64,000 nt of DNA from Macrostomum lignano (GCA_002269645.1 NIVC01001997.1:1-64000), one strand, 5' to 3'; positions 12,019 through 24,614 are shown, numbered from the stretch's first letter. A program made the numbers and translations. The notes: generated by a model not told the origin, from the sequence alone.

Positions 12019-13096
12019 ATGCTTGAATCGAACATTTCTCTTTCCGTAAACCTATGCCATCGCTGCAGCAGTGGCCGCTGGCGGCTGCTGCCTTCTGACG
12101 TTTCTAATAATCCGTCGACATCAAAAGAACCGCCGGCGACTTCACGATTTGCCATCAGCACTGCAATCTGCAATACACAGCGACTGCGGCTTCAGTGGCG
12201 CCGGTATTGTGGTCACAGGCGCCGGGGCTGGCTTAGGCGCGGAGCTAATTAAACACCTGTTAGGCACTAATTTGCCAGCTCTGATTGTGGGTACTAATAG
12301 GCCAATGCCCGGCTGTCAAGACTCTATTGAGGACAATCCAGACGAAGTGCTTCGACGTCTGTTTGTCGATTTTGGCGATGTGAAATCCATTCGACAATTT
12401 GCCGATCGCCTGACTGAACTGTTTCGTCAGCGAGGTGTTCGGTTGAGCCATCTGGTTTGCAATGCCGGAGTCTTCTTTCCGGCCGAGCCGCTGTCGCGAG
12501 ACGGTCTGCCAATGCATTTGGCCGTGAATTTTATTGCCAACGTGGAGCTTGTACGCCTGTTGCTAGGCAATGGCTTGTTAGAGCCGGGATACACCCGCGT
12601 ATTGTTGGTGTCCTCTTCTCTTAGCAGTAGAGGCGTTGCTACGGAAGCTAGTACACTTATAGACGTTGCTAAGGATGTTGCTAAGGATGTTCCTAAGGAT
12701 GTTGCTAAGGACGCCCGTGGGCTCAAAACTCAATCGTCTGCCGCACTCTATGCAAATAGTAAACAATGTTTAAATTTGTTGGCTCAACATCTGCATAAAA
12801 ATCTTGGCGTTCACGCTTGCGCCGCATTCACTGGCGGTCCGGTTGCTACCAGGTTGCTACGGCCGCCATGGATACCCAGATTTTTACAAGCGCCGTTCCT
12901 ATGGCTTTTATCGTTGGTATTTCAATCGCCAGAAGTGGTTGCTGCGGATCTGTTTGGGCTGATGTGCCGCCCAGATGTGACTTCCGGTCGGGTCTACTCT
13001 GCCGGTCGGCAGGCCGACTGGCCGCTGGAACTTCCGGCTGATCGTTTGGCGGAGTTCGTCGCTGATTACGAGCGGCTGCTGATGAGAATTGAGTGA
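12019..13096 (+). CDS. Short-chain dehydrogenase/reductase, retinol dehydrogenase-like; start unresolved (probable 1-nt frameshift near 12047-12052)
   Basis: Open frame 12050-13096 has an N-terminal hydrophobic anchor, TGAGAGLG Rossmann motif, VCNAG motif and catalytic YANSK (YxxxK). There is no in-frame ATG before the Rossmann motif. ATG 12019 would join the frame if one base were removed. Confidence 0.8.
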
Positions 13097-13264
13097 AACT
13101 CCAAATTTTCTGTTTGTTTACAATGAATAGCGACAGTAAATAAATTACAGTAAATAAATTGAGGAGTCATTTTCTTGACCTAATTTTGGCACCGTTTTAT
13201 GGTTTCATTTTTTAAATTGTGTATCTAATTTTATATCTTTTTGCGAAATATATTTACAATGTAC

Positions 13265-13552
13265 ACAGATAAACAAACAGACAGATTCTAGGACACTAAG
13301 ACAGGCGGACAGACAGCCAGACAGAGACACAGACAGAAAGACAGACAGACAACCAGACAGACAGACAGACACACAGACAGACACACAGACAACCAGACAC
13401 ACAGACAACCAGACAGTGAGACAGACAGACACACAGACAGACAGACAGACAGACAGACACACAGACAGACAGACAGACAGACACACAGACAACCAGACAG
13501 ACAGACAGACAACCAGACAGACAGACATATAGGCAAATAGACAGCAGCCAGG

Positions 13553-13594
<42 letters not shown>

Positions 13595-13665
13595 CACAGA
13601 CAGACAGACAGACAGACATATAGGCAAACAGACAGCAGCCAGGCAAACAGACAGCAGCACACAGC
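13265..13665. repeat. (CAGA)n microsatellite, compound
   Basis: GACA/CAGA runs with interspersed variants between the SDR and LAP genes. Confidence 0.95.
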
Positions 13666-13716
13666 AGCTATTCACTCCGCAGTCCAACACATGCATGCCT
13701 ATACGCAGCTCCAGCA

Positions 13717-16700
13717 ATGCAGTTCGCATTAACAGCTCGCCAGCTCTTCCAGTCTGGCTGCCGCAGTCAGCTGCAATCGCGCCGAGTTGATGCCGCGGGT
13801 GCATCGGCAGCTGTGGCTTTAGCCATCAGATACAGAAAGTACTGCACAGCCGCTCCAGCTGCTAAGGTGATTGATTTGTAAACATGCAGGCATCCCCAGT
13901 TGGGGGGGGCTGCGACTACTAGTCTAAAGTTACTACATTTGAAACTCATAATTAAAAAGGTTCTGGCAGTTTACTTAGAATTTACTTTGTTCCCATCGCC
14001 TCCGTCTGTTTCGCCAGAAGCCCAGCCGGCGAGGCTACATTGTCACCTGCGCTGTGGGTTCCAACGCCAAGCAGCAGCGGCGGCAACCCGCTGTGCTGAG
14101 CGACGCTTGCGCCGATTTGCAGCGGCGCTTTGGTCGCGACGTTGCCGCTATGGTCGAGTCGGCCGCTCGGCCGGCCAAGCCCGGCCAGCTGCTGCTGCTG
14201 CCCGGCGGTCTCGGCCGCGACGCCGATGGATTCGTTGTCGACCTGTGCGTTGTAGGCATCGCGGCCGATGCTGAACACGGCGGCTTAGCCGAACGGGTGA
14301 CAGCGGGAGCCGAACCGTTGGAGCCTTGGGAGGCTCGCGACGACAGACGATCGGTGGTTCGACAGGCTGTGACGGCGCTGCGGGACCTCGGATGTCGGCA
14401 GGTTAGCGCCAGTGTCTATGGGTTAAAGTAAAATCCGTGGTTTACTGATGCGTGTACATTGGGTAAAGTACAAATCCTATGCTATTTTTGTGGTCTAGGT
14501 TAAAAAGTACAAGCCGTAGGCTAATCCCAATAAAAACGGTATCTAGACCAAACAGCGTCCCAGAAAGCGTCGTTTCAGAGTCGCTGCAGGTAACACAGGT
14601 AAAGTGACTCTAGACTACTCTAAAACGACGAGATTTCGCGATACAAGTCGCCAAAAAGTAGTCAAAATGATGCGCTCGTGACTCAACAGTCGCCTCTCCG
14701 TCGCATTGCAGTTGTTTGAGTCGCAAGTTTGAGTCAAAAGTCACAAGAGTTAAAGCACAATTTTAAGCACGTTGGGATTAGGTTAAAGCTCAAATGGTAG
14801 ATCTTTATGCGTGGGCGTGGGTTAAAGCTCAAATGGTAGATCTTTATGCGTGGGCGTGGGTTAAAGCTCAAATGGTAGATCTTTATGCGTGGGCGTAGGT
14901 TAAAGTTCAAATGATAGATCTTTATGCGTGGGCGTAGGTTAAAGTACAAATAGTAGATTTTTATGCGTGGGCGTGAGTAATGTAGGTAACTGTAATCGAA
15001 CTTTGACCAATAAAATTAATGGCCTGCCAATGTCTCCCAGGTGATGCTGGACTCCGGCATCGCGCCATCTGGCGCCGAAAACGCCGACGCAGCCGCGGAC
15101 GTCGCCGAAGCGGCTCAGTCGTCCGCCCTAGTCTATCGCCGCGCCCCGCCGAAGCGGCCCCTAGTAACGGACGACGCCGATGCGGACGAGACGGCGCCAA
15201 CTTTAATTGGCCGTATCCATGGCAACTCCGGCAACAATTCCGAAGCTTGGGACTACGGCTTGACGCTAGGCTTAGCGGAGGCTCGAGCTCGGGACCTCAT
15301 GGAACGGCCGGCGAATTTGTGCACGCCGAGCTGGTTCTGCCAGCAGGCGGTTGAAGCGGCCGCCGCGCTGGGACCCAGCGTTGAGGTGGCGGTGCACGAT
15401 GAAGACTGGATCCGCGAGCGGGCGATGGGTGGCCTACTAGCCGTTGCTAAGGGCTCGAAAGAGCCACCAAGGTTTCTAGTTGCCAAGTAAGCTAATTGAG
15501 TGTAACTTTTTTCTGTTCAATTTTCAATCACTAGTTGCTCCCATTTTACAGCTTGGTGAACTAAAGCAATGCAGAGTTAAGTGTCTTGCTCAAGGACACG
15601 AATTGCTCTGAGTGGGTCGAGAATCGAACCCCCGACCTTTAAGTCGTGAGTCGGACGCTCTAACCAGCAGGCTAAAACCCCTTAAGAAAATAGGAATTAT
15701 TATGATTCTGTGAAATTTATCATAGCAACGGATACTATGCTTGGTAAATCCCCATTGTGGTAAAGGAACAGTTTGTCATGAAGTAATTGTTTTTTATAAT
15801 AAATAAACGAAAACACTTCTGTATTTTTATGTATACTGTTTTGTTTATTTTTATCATTAAAAATGAAGGACAACTTTAAATTCGATATTTTTACTCAAAA
15901 TCCTAACTACACTACTGACAGCAGAAATATCAAGATTTCACTATATTTTTTTCTAAATTAAGGAAATATGACGCAACCATACTAAAAATACTCGTAAACG
16001 ATTTCAGATACAACGGGCGACCGGAGTCGCTAAATGAGGGCGGCGGTCCAGCCGTTGCAGATGTCTGTCTTATCGGCAAAGGCGTCACCTTTGATTCCGG
16101 CGGTATTAGTATTAAACCGTCGGCTAACATGGCCGATATGCGCGGTGATATGGGCGGAGCGGCGGTCGCTTTTAGCTCATTTTTAGCCGCCTGCCAACTC
16201 GGCCTGCCGCTCAGACTGGCTCTGTGCGTGCCGCTGTGCGAGAACATGCCCGACGGCGCCGCCGTAAAGCCTGGCGACGTTATCGACCTGGCTGGAGGTC
16301 GCGTTACCTGTCGAGTTGATAACACTGATGCCGAGGGTGAGAGCCTTGTCTTTTGGTTTGAGTGGCCAACCTAGGAGATATATTTGATTCACATTGGCAT
16401 AAAGTTCCAATTCACATTGTGAGAAAACTTTCATTCACATTAGGAGAAAACTGCCATTCACATTGGGAGAAAACTCCCATTCACATTGGGTGAAAACTCC
16501 CATTCACATTGGGAGAAAACTCCCATTCACATTGGGAGAAAACTCCCATTCACATTGGGAAAAAACTCCCATTCACATTGGGTGAAAACTCCCATTCACA
16601 TTGGGAGAAAACTCCCATTCACATTGGGTGAAAACTCCCATTCACATTGGGTGAAAACTCCCATTCACATTGGGAGAAAACTCCCATTCACATGCGCTTA

Positions 16701-17812
16701 CACCTGCACTGCAATAACAGGCCGCCTAATCCTCGCCGACGCGCTGCACTTCGCAGCGAACAGCGGCGCCCAGCCGCCTCGCCTAATCGTAGACCTCGCC
16801 ACCCTGACTGGCGCCATCGCCGTCGCCCTTGGCGGCCAACGAGCCGGCCTATTTGCCAATCGGTCCGCACGCCTCACTGGCTTTGAACGGCGACTGCTAG
16901 ATAGCGGATTTAATAGGGGCGACCCGCTGCACCAGATGCCCACTGACAGGCGGTATCGGGCCGCTGTGCAGGATAGATCTGGTGAGCCTCTGGCTTTGAG
17001 TGGGAATCCAGATTTGACATGGATTGCGGACTGAGCGGAGCGGATTAGGGATAGGGTAGAGAGAGAAAAGTGGGAATTAGTAGGGCAGAGAGGGGAAAGC
17101 GGGGATTGGAGGGTAAGAGAGGGGAGAGCAGGGATTGGAGGGTAAGAGAGGGGAGAGCGGGGATTGGAGGGTAAGAGAGGGGAGAGCGGGGATTGGAGGG
17201 TAAGAGAGGGGAGAGCGGGGATTGGAGGGTAAGAGAGGGGAGAGCGGGGATTGGAGGGTAAGAGAGGGGAAAGGACATTAGAGAGGGCAGACAGGGGAAA
17301 CGGGGGATTAGAGAAGGGAATGCGGGGGATTAGAGGAGACATAGAAAGGAAAGCGGGGATTAGAGAGGGTAAGAGAAGGGAAAGCGGGGGATTAGAGAGG
17401 GCAGAGAGGGGAAGCGGGGATTGGAGAGGGCAGAGAGGGGAAAGCGCGGGGATTAGAGAGGACGTAGAGGGAATTTGAGAAACATGCAGCTGAGTCAGTG
17501 GGCGTGGAAAGTGAACCCCAATTTCCAGGTGTCCAGTCCGCGAAATGCCCACCCCCAAAACCCGCAGGCCTGGCCGACCTCTCTAACATCGGCACCCCGG
17601 ATCGCATGGCTGGCGCCTGCACCGCCGCCGCGTTTCTGTCGCATTTTGTACCGCCGTCGATTCCTTGGATGCACATCGACATGGCCGGAGTGATGGACAG
17701 CGACGGCGGCGGCGGCAGCGGCGGCGGTAAGAAAATGAGCGGACGTCCCACCAGAGCCGTGGTTGACTTTCTGCGCTCTCTGACCATTGAAGGATTCCCT
17801 GCTGGGAAGTGA
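13717..17812 (+). CDS. LAP3: M17 leucyl (cytosol) aminopeptidase, LAP3-like, ~604 aa, 6 exons
   Basis: Exons 13717-13866, 14018-14401, 15041-15486, 16008-16336, 16721-16981, 17568-17812. All introns are GT-AG with consistent phases (sum 1815 nt). Motifs GKGVTFDSGG, SIKP, RGDMGG, NTDAEGRL, ADLSNIG, AGACTAAAFL, GRPTR. The symbol is a family-level assignment. Confidence 0.92.
14777..14975. repeat. 39-bp tandem array in LAP intron 2
   Basis: About 5 units of GGTTAAAGCTCAAATGGTAGATCTTTATGCGTGGGCGTG. Confidence 0.9.
15531..15681 (-). mobile_element. tRNA-derived CORE-type SINE in LAP intron 3
   Basis: The minus strand reads an A-box-like TAGCCTGCTGG and a B-box GGTTCGATTC, followed by GTGTCCTTGAGCAAGACACTTAAC...CTGTAAAATGGG, which resembles the MIR/CORE domain. 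Confidence 0.8.
16385..16692. repeat. 23-bp tandem array AAAACTCCCATTCACATTGGGAG in LAP intron 4
   Basis: About 13 units. Confidence 0.95.
17040..17480. repeat. 29-bp purine-rich array GGGGATTGGAGGGTAAGAGAGGGGAGAGC in LAP intron 5
   Basis: About 6 near-perfect units plus degenerate flanks. Confidence 0.9.
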
Positions 17813-17859
17813 CAGACATTGCGGATATAGACTTTGTTTTGATGCCTTTGATCCTGCTG

Positions 17860-18460
17860 TACTTTTGAAGACCCTGTTGTACATCCGAATATCCTGTTGT
17901 ACACCTGAACATACTTTTGTACATCTAAATACCCTGTTGTACACCTGAACATACTTTTGTACATCTGAATACCCTGTTGTACATCTGAAGATCCTGTTGT
18001 ACATCCGAATATCCTGTTGTACATCTGAAGATACTGTTGTACATCTGAAGATCCTGTTGTACATTTGAATATTCTGTTGTGCATCTGAAGATACTGTTGT
18101 ACATCTGAAGATCCTGTTGTACATCTGAAGATCCTGTTGTACATCTGAATATCCTGTTGTACACCTGAATATCCTGTTGTACATCTGAAGATCCTGTTGT
18201 ACATCCGAATATCCTGTTGTACATCTGAAGATACTGTTGTACATCTGAAGATCCTGTTGTACATCTGAATATTCTGTTGTACATCTGAATATTCTGTGTA
18301 CATCTGAATATCCTGTGTACATCTGAATATCCTGTTGTACATCTGAAGATCATGTTGTACACCTGAATATCCTGTTGTACATCTGAATATCCTGTTGTAC
18401 ATCTGAAGATCATGTATAACTTAAGGTTCTGTTGTACTGTACATCTGAAGAATCTGTTGT
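17860..18460. repeat. 20-bp tandem array ACATCTGAAGATCCTGTTGT
   Basis: About 30 units directly after the LAP stop codon. Confidence 0.95.
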
Positions 18461-18889
18461 TCACCTATTCTTCTTTTTTCTCTAAATTAGGCTCTAACTA
18501 GTTGAATAAGCTCGTATTTATAAAATATATAAAGTAGCTGCAAAAAGATAAAAGTTACTTTATCTAATTATAGACTTTTATCTTCAAACGCGTATTTATA
18601 TTTTTCAACTGGATTATTTCTAGCAGTAATGAATGATGCTACTGTCAGTAGGGTAAAAGTAAAACGCTGCCTTTATGCATTATGAAATACACGTTAGACA
18701 GAAAAAGATCAGCATCAGCATTGTCGGGCTTCGGTTTTACTGAAGCATGCATTTCCACTCTCAGCAAGTTTTTTGTGGAAGCAAAAATTTCTGGCCAACT
18801 GTTTGGTCTTAATAATTTTTTTCTTGGCTTGTCTTCTAATGGAGGGAAGCCGCAAAAATCTCAGAATTCCGGTCATAACTGGATCTAAA

Positions 18890-20200
18890 ATTTATAATCT
18901 TGTCTCTTTCCCTGTGTCTAATTTAATCTGTACTCCTTGTTTCTAATCTCTCCCATGTAGATCTATTCCCAGTGTCTAATCTCTCCCCTGTGAATCTATT
19001 CCCAGTTTCTAATCTCTCTCCCTGTAATCTATTTCCGTTTTCAGTGTCTAATCTCTCCCTTGTCGATCTATTCCCAGTGTCTAATCTCTCCCTTGTCGAT
19101 CTATTCCTAGTGTCTAATCTCTCCCTTGTCGATCTATTCCTAGTGTCTAATCTCTCCCTTGTCGATCTATTCCTAGTGTCTAATCTCTCCCTTGTCGATC
19201 TATTCCCAGTGTCTAATCTCTCCCTTGTCGACCTATTCCTAGTGTCTAATCTCTCCCTTGTCGATCTATTCCTAGTGTCTAAATCTCTCCCTTGTAGATC
19301 TATTCTCAGTGTCTAATCTCTCCCTTGTCGATCTATTCCTAGTGTCTAATCTCTCCCTTGTCGATCTATTCCTAGTGTCTAATCTCTCCCTTGTCGATCT
19401 ATTCCCAGTGTCTAATCTCTCCCTTGTTGATCTATTCCTAGTGTCTAATCTCTCCCTTGTCGATCTATTCCCAGTGTCTAATCTCTCCCTTGTCGATCTA
19501 TTCCTAGTGTCTAATCTCTCCCTTGTCGATCTATTCCCAGTGTCTAATCTCTCCCTTGTCGATCTATTCCCAGTGTCTAATCTCTCCCTTGTCGATCTAT
19601 TCCTAGTGTCTAATCTCTCCCTTGTCGATCTATTCCCAGTGTCTAATCTCTCCCTTGTCGACCTATTCCTAGTGTCTAATCTCTCCCTTGTCGATCTATT
19701 CCTAGTGTCTAAATCTCTCCCTTGTAGATCTATTCTCAGTGTCTAATCTCTCCCTTGTCGATCTATTCCTAGTGTCTAATCTCTCCCTTGTCGATCTATT
19801 CCCAGTGTCTAATCTCTCCCTGGGAATCTATTTCCGTTTTCAGTGTCTAATCTCTCCCTTGTCGATCTATTCCTAGTGTCTAATCTCCCCCTTGTCGATC
19901 TATTCACAGTGTCTAATCTCTCCCTTGTGATCTATTCCCAGTGTCTAATCTCTCCCTGGGAATATTCCTAGTGTCTAATCTCTCCCTGGTAATCTATTCC
20001 TAGTGTCTAATCTCTCCCTTGTGATCTAAATCCAGTGTCTAATCTCTCCCTTGTCGATCTATTCCTAGTGTCTAATCTTCTCCTTGTAGATCTATTCCCA
20101 ATGTCTAATCTCTCCCTTGTCGATCCATTCCTAGTGTCTAATCTTCTCCTTGTAGATCTATTCCCAATGTCTAATCTCCCCTGTGAATCTATTCCTAGTG
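18890..20200. repeat. 33-bp tandem array GTGTCTAATCTCTCCCTTGTCGATCTATTCCTA
   Basis: About 39 units. A variant block (TAAATCTCTCCCTTGTAGATCTATTCTCA) recurs at ~19280 and ~19710. Confidence 0.95.
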
Positions 20201-21514
20201 TCCCAATATTTATTATATTTATTTATACTGTAATTTTCTCTATCGGCAACTCATGCAGCAGAGAATTAAGTTAATACCGTCTCACCTGCACCAGTTAATC
20301 CATCAATTTCTCTCTCAATAGAAAGCTCTGTATTGTTACGAAAGATTAAAATGAGAGCTCAGTCTACTGCAGCCTTGTGTCGGAAGTTGGAAGGCTTGCG
20401 GTTATCCGGAAGTCGCAAAAAATCTACCTTTCTGAAGGAATATAAGTCTGTCACGAAAACATATAGTTGATTGAAGAATAAGTTCTTGGATGCGGAAACC
20501 TTTATAATATCATTTCTGAGAAAATTGTATAACAATTCCAAGGGCCTGTAGTTTGAAGCACGCACGCTGACAATAAGTTTCCGTCTTATCTCCTACCGTG
20601 GATCTATCCGTGGATCCCTACGTTCTCGCGGAGATGGACTGGAATCCAAAATTTCAGAAGTGAAAAAATTACAATAAGATTTTGGATCTAGTGGGAGCTA
20701 AGATTCTAATCTAGATATTAAGCGGTCCATGGTGACTCGCAGAATTTAGAGGAAGTAGCAAGTCTGTTTCTAGTCCAGTAATTGAGAGGTCCATGGCGAT
20801 TGGTGACTCGCACCATTTTAAGTACATGTAATTCACTAGCTAGCCTTCCAGTCCAGGTGTTCTTCTGAGGTCCATGGTCACTCGTAAGATTTAAGATTTA
20901 GAGACTGAAGTCTGTTTCCATTTCAGGCAGCGTTCCGAGGTCCATGATGACTCGCTACTTGAAGAAAAGTTTGAATAATCTACTTTCAGTCCAGTACCTA
21001 TACTCCCTGCAGTCCAGTTCTATCCAGAAGTCCTCGGTGTATCCCTATTTTCCGTGGCAGCATATTCCATTCTCAATTTATCAGCAACCCGGCGACTTTG
21101 AGCTAAGGCAGGTATAAATATAAGAGGCCAGAAAGGCCGTGAATGTGGGAACACCAAAAGAGGACGCTATTTTATAAGAATTCCATAGCAGGAAGTGACA
21201 TGGCATGGCTATATTTACAGTCGTGTTTGACTGCACGCGGCTTGAATTTCAAAAGAATTAAAAAATTACACCGAAATAAAGCTGAGTGGGCAGACGGGAG
21301 CGAGGTACAGAAGCAATCGCCTCATTCATTTTCTCAAGGGAGCTGGTAGCTGTCTGGATATGGAGTGTTTTCTGGCTGACGTGACCTTCCTGCGATCCCT
21401 CAACTCGTCTCACCCGACTACTCAAGTGTCAGATTCAGGGGGTCTATACGAGGGCGTTGACGTCACGGAAAGCATTGAAGGTCGGAAAATCCTTTCAAAG
21501 CAGACATGCCGACG

Positions 21515-22520
21515 TGATAGGGAAATTATGGGGAACACAGATGAGGAAATGATTGGGAAACGATGGGAACAGAGATGGGGAAATGATTGGGAAAGGATGG
21601 GAACAGAGATGGGTAAATGATGGTGAACAGAGATGGGGAAATGATGGGGAACAGAGATAGGGAAATGATTGGGAAATGATGGGGGGAAGTGAAGGGAACA
21701 GAGATGGGGGAAATGATGGTGAACAGAGATGGGGGAATGATAGAGAACAGAGATGGGGAAGTGAAGGGAACAGAGATGGGGGAATGATGGGGAAATGATG
21801 GAGAACAGAGATGGGGAAATGATAAAGAACAGAGACGGGGAAATGATGGAGAACAGAGACGGGGAAATGATGGAGAACAGAGATGGGGAAATGATGGAGA
21901 ACAGAGATGGGGAAATGATGAAGAACAGAGATCGGGAAATGATGGGGAACAGAGACGGGGAAATGATGGTGAACAGAGACGGGGAAATGATGGAGAACAG
22001 AGATAGGGAAATGATTGGGAACAAAGATGGGGAAGTGGGGGAACAGAAATGAGGAAATGATAGAGAACAGAGATGGGGAAATGATGGGGAACAGAGACGG
22101 GGAAATGATGGTGAACAGAGACGGGGAAATGATGGAGAACAGAGATAGGGAAATGATTGGGAACAAAGATGGGGAAGTGGGGGAACAGAAATGAGGAAAT
22201 GATAGAGAACAGAGACGGGGAAATGATGGAGAACAGAGATGGGGAAATGATGGGGAACAGAGACGGGGAAATGATGAAGAACAGAGATCGGGAAATGATG
22301 GGGAACAGAGACGGGGAAATGATGGTGAACAGAGACGGGGAAATGATGGAGAACAGAGATAGGGAAATGATTGGGAACAAAGATGGGGAAGTGGGGGAAC
22401 AGAAATGAGGAAATGATAGAGAACAGAGATGGGGAAATGATGGGGAACAGAGATGGGGAAATGATGGGGAACAGTGATGGGGAAATCATGGGGAGTAAAG
22501 ATTGGGAATTGATGGAGAAC
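21515..22520. repeat. 24-bp purine-rich array GATGGGGAAATGATGGAGAACAGA
   Basis: Tandem units with a ~120-bp higher-order block (AACAAAGATGGGGAAGTGGGGGAACAGAAATGAGG recurs 3 times). Confidence 0.95.
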
Positions 22521-23009
22521 AGGAGGGGGAATGTATCGGTAAAGGAGGAGCCAAGAGACAGGGCGATGGGCGATGGGGAAAATTGGAAAAAATTTCCCTA
22601 AGTTTCTTGTTAGTTAATCATTTATGTGGAGTAAATGGAGTGTGAGCCAGGGACCACTTTCGGGGCACATTAATATCGATTAGGCCTCGTTCAGTAGGTA
22701 AATGAAACGGCCTTCAGAAACAGCTTGCGTATAACAGCTTCACAGGTTTTTCAATACTCTCCATTATTCTTGGACTTGGCTTTAAAGCTAAGGTCCGCAA
22801 TCGGGCATGAGGAGGAAAATCCAGCATCTAATTAGGATCCGTGAAGCAGAGCTCATAGACTTTACTCAATAGTAAAGCTTCCTGATTCATATTTGCTTTA
22901 TTAAAATCCGATTGCTTGCTTGCAACTTGCTTCGGCGAAAGTTAATTAAAGGAAGCAATTAATTAGAATCAAAGCTAGCTGACGAATAGAAGCGAAAATA
23001 CATATCTGT

Positions 23010-24130
23010 TGTGCTTTCTTACTCTTGTGTTTTCTCTTGTTTATCTCGCATTTTCTCTTGTGTTTATCTCGCTTTTTTTCTTGTGTTTATCTCGCCTTTT
23101 CTCTTGTGTTTATCTCGCCTTTTCTCTTGTGTTTATCTCGCATTTTCTCTTGTGTTTATCTCGCTTTTTCTCTTGTGTTTATCTCGCATTTTCTCTTGTG
23201 TTTATCTCGCCTTTTCTCTTGTGTTTATCTCGCATTTTCTCTTGTGTTTATCTCGCTTTTTCTCTTGTGTTTATCTCGCATTTTCTCTTGTGTTTATCTC
23301 GTTTTTTCTCTTGTGTTTATCTCGCATTTTCTCTTGTGTTTATCTCGCATTTTCTCTTGTGTTTATCTCGCTTTTTCTCTTGTGTTTATCTCGCTTTTTC
23401 TCTTGTGTTTATCTCGCATTTTCTCTTGTGTTTATCTCGCATTTTCTCTTGTGTTTATCTCGCTTTTTCTCTTGTGTTTATCTCGCTTTTTCTCTTGTGT
23501 TTATCTCGCATTTTCTCTTGTGTTTATCTCGCTTTTTCTCTTGTGTTTATCTCGCATTTTCTCTTGTGTTCATCTCGCATTCTTCTTGTGTTTATCTCGC
23601 ATTCTTCTTGTGTTTATCTCGCCTTTTCTCTTGTGTTTATTCCGCCTTTTCTCTTGTGTTTATCTCCCCTTTTCTCTTGTGTTTATCTCGCTTTTTCTCT
23701 TGCGTTTATCTCGCCTTTCTCTTGTGTTTATCTCGCATTTTTCTTGTGTTTATCTCTCCTTTTACTCATGTGTTTATCTCGCCTTTTCTCATGTGTTTAT
23801 CTCGCCTTTTCTCTTGTGTTTATTTCGCCTTATCTCTTGTGTTTCTCTCGAATTTTCTCGTGTGTTTATCTCGGCTTTTTTCTTGTGTTTATCTCGCCTT
23901 TTCTCTTCTGTTTATCTCACCGTCTTTCTCTTGTGTTTATATCACCCTTCTTTTGTGTTTATCTCGTCTTTTCTCTTGTGTTTATCTTGCCTTTTCTCTT
24001 GTTTATTTTATCTTTTCTCTTGTGTTTATCTCACCCTTGTTCTTGTGGTTATTTCCCCTTTTTGTCTCGTGTTTATAGCACTCTTATTTTCGTGTTGTGT
24101 TTATCTTCTTCTCACCCTCTTGTGTTTATC
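23010..24130. repeat. 23-bp pyrimidine-rich array TTTTCTCTTGTGTTTATCTCGCA
   Basis: Homogeneous 5' part, degenerating towards the 3' end. Confidence 0.95.
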
Positions 24131-24614
24131 CCACCATAAATTAAAAAGCTGTAAAAATCATTCTAAATGCAGATTATGCCTGTGAGCTGCAGCTTTCAAG
24201 TAACAATGTTGACCTACCCAGAGACTTATAAAGTCCAGCGCTGATGAGTCCGCGGTGATTGCGGGGCTGCCTGAGCCACAATTTATTGGCAACAAATTTG
24301 AGATGCTTGCTTCAGGATACTAGAAGCTATTCGCTTCTCCTCTGCTCTCCTCTTCATCAATCCAGCATCACTCATATTTTCCTAATGAGGTGCTGAGCAT
24401 TGGTTGACTCTATATATACATCTAAAAAAACATTTTTGCATTTTTTGCGGCCGCTTTTTTCAGCTCATAATAATGCTTCTGTTTGACTGAGCTTTATGTG
24501 TATTTGGGCCGATAGCTATTAATAATTTAAAAAAATAATATCCCCTATAATAATTATAGCATATTGGCAATGTCTGCATGCTGTTCGATTTCTGAACCAA
24601 GCGGGATAAAGAGA

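Noticed and set aside
14540-14745. CGAC/GTCG-rich segment in LAP intron 2 as a MITE
   Set aside because: Motif-rich like a TE subterminal region, but no paired termini were identified.
15590-15681. tRNA gene
   Set aside because: The A/B boxes run straight into a CORE-like SINE body and I could not fold a convincing cloverleaf.
20720-21000. CRISPR array
   Set aside because: Eukaryotic context, no cas genes, the repeats are short and variable, and the spacers are related to one another.
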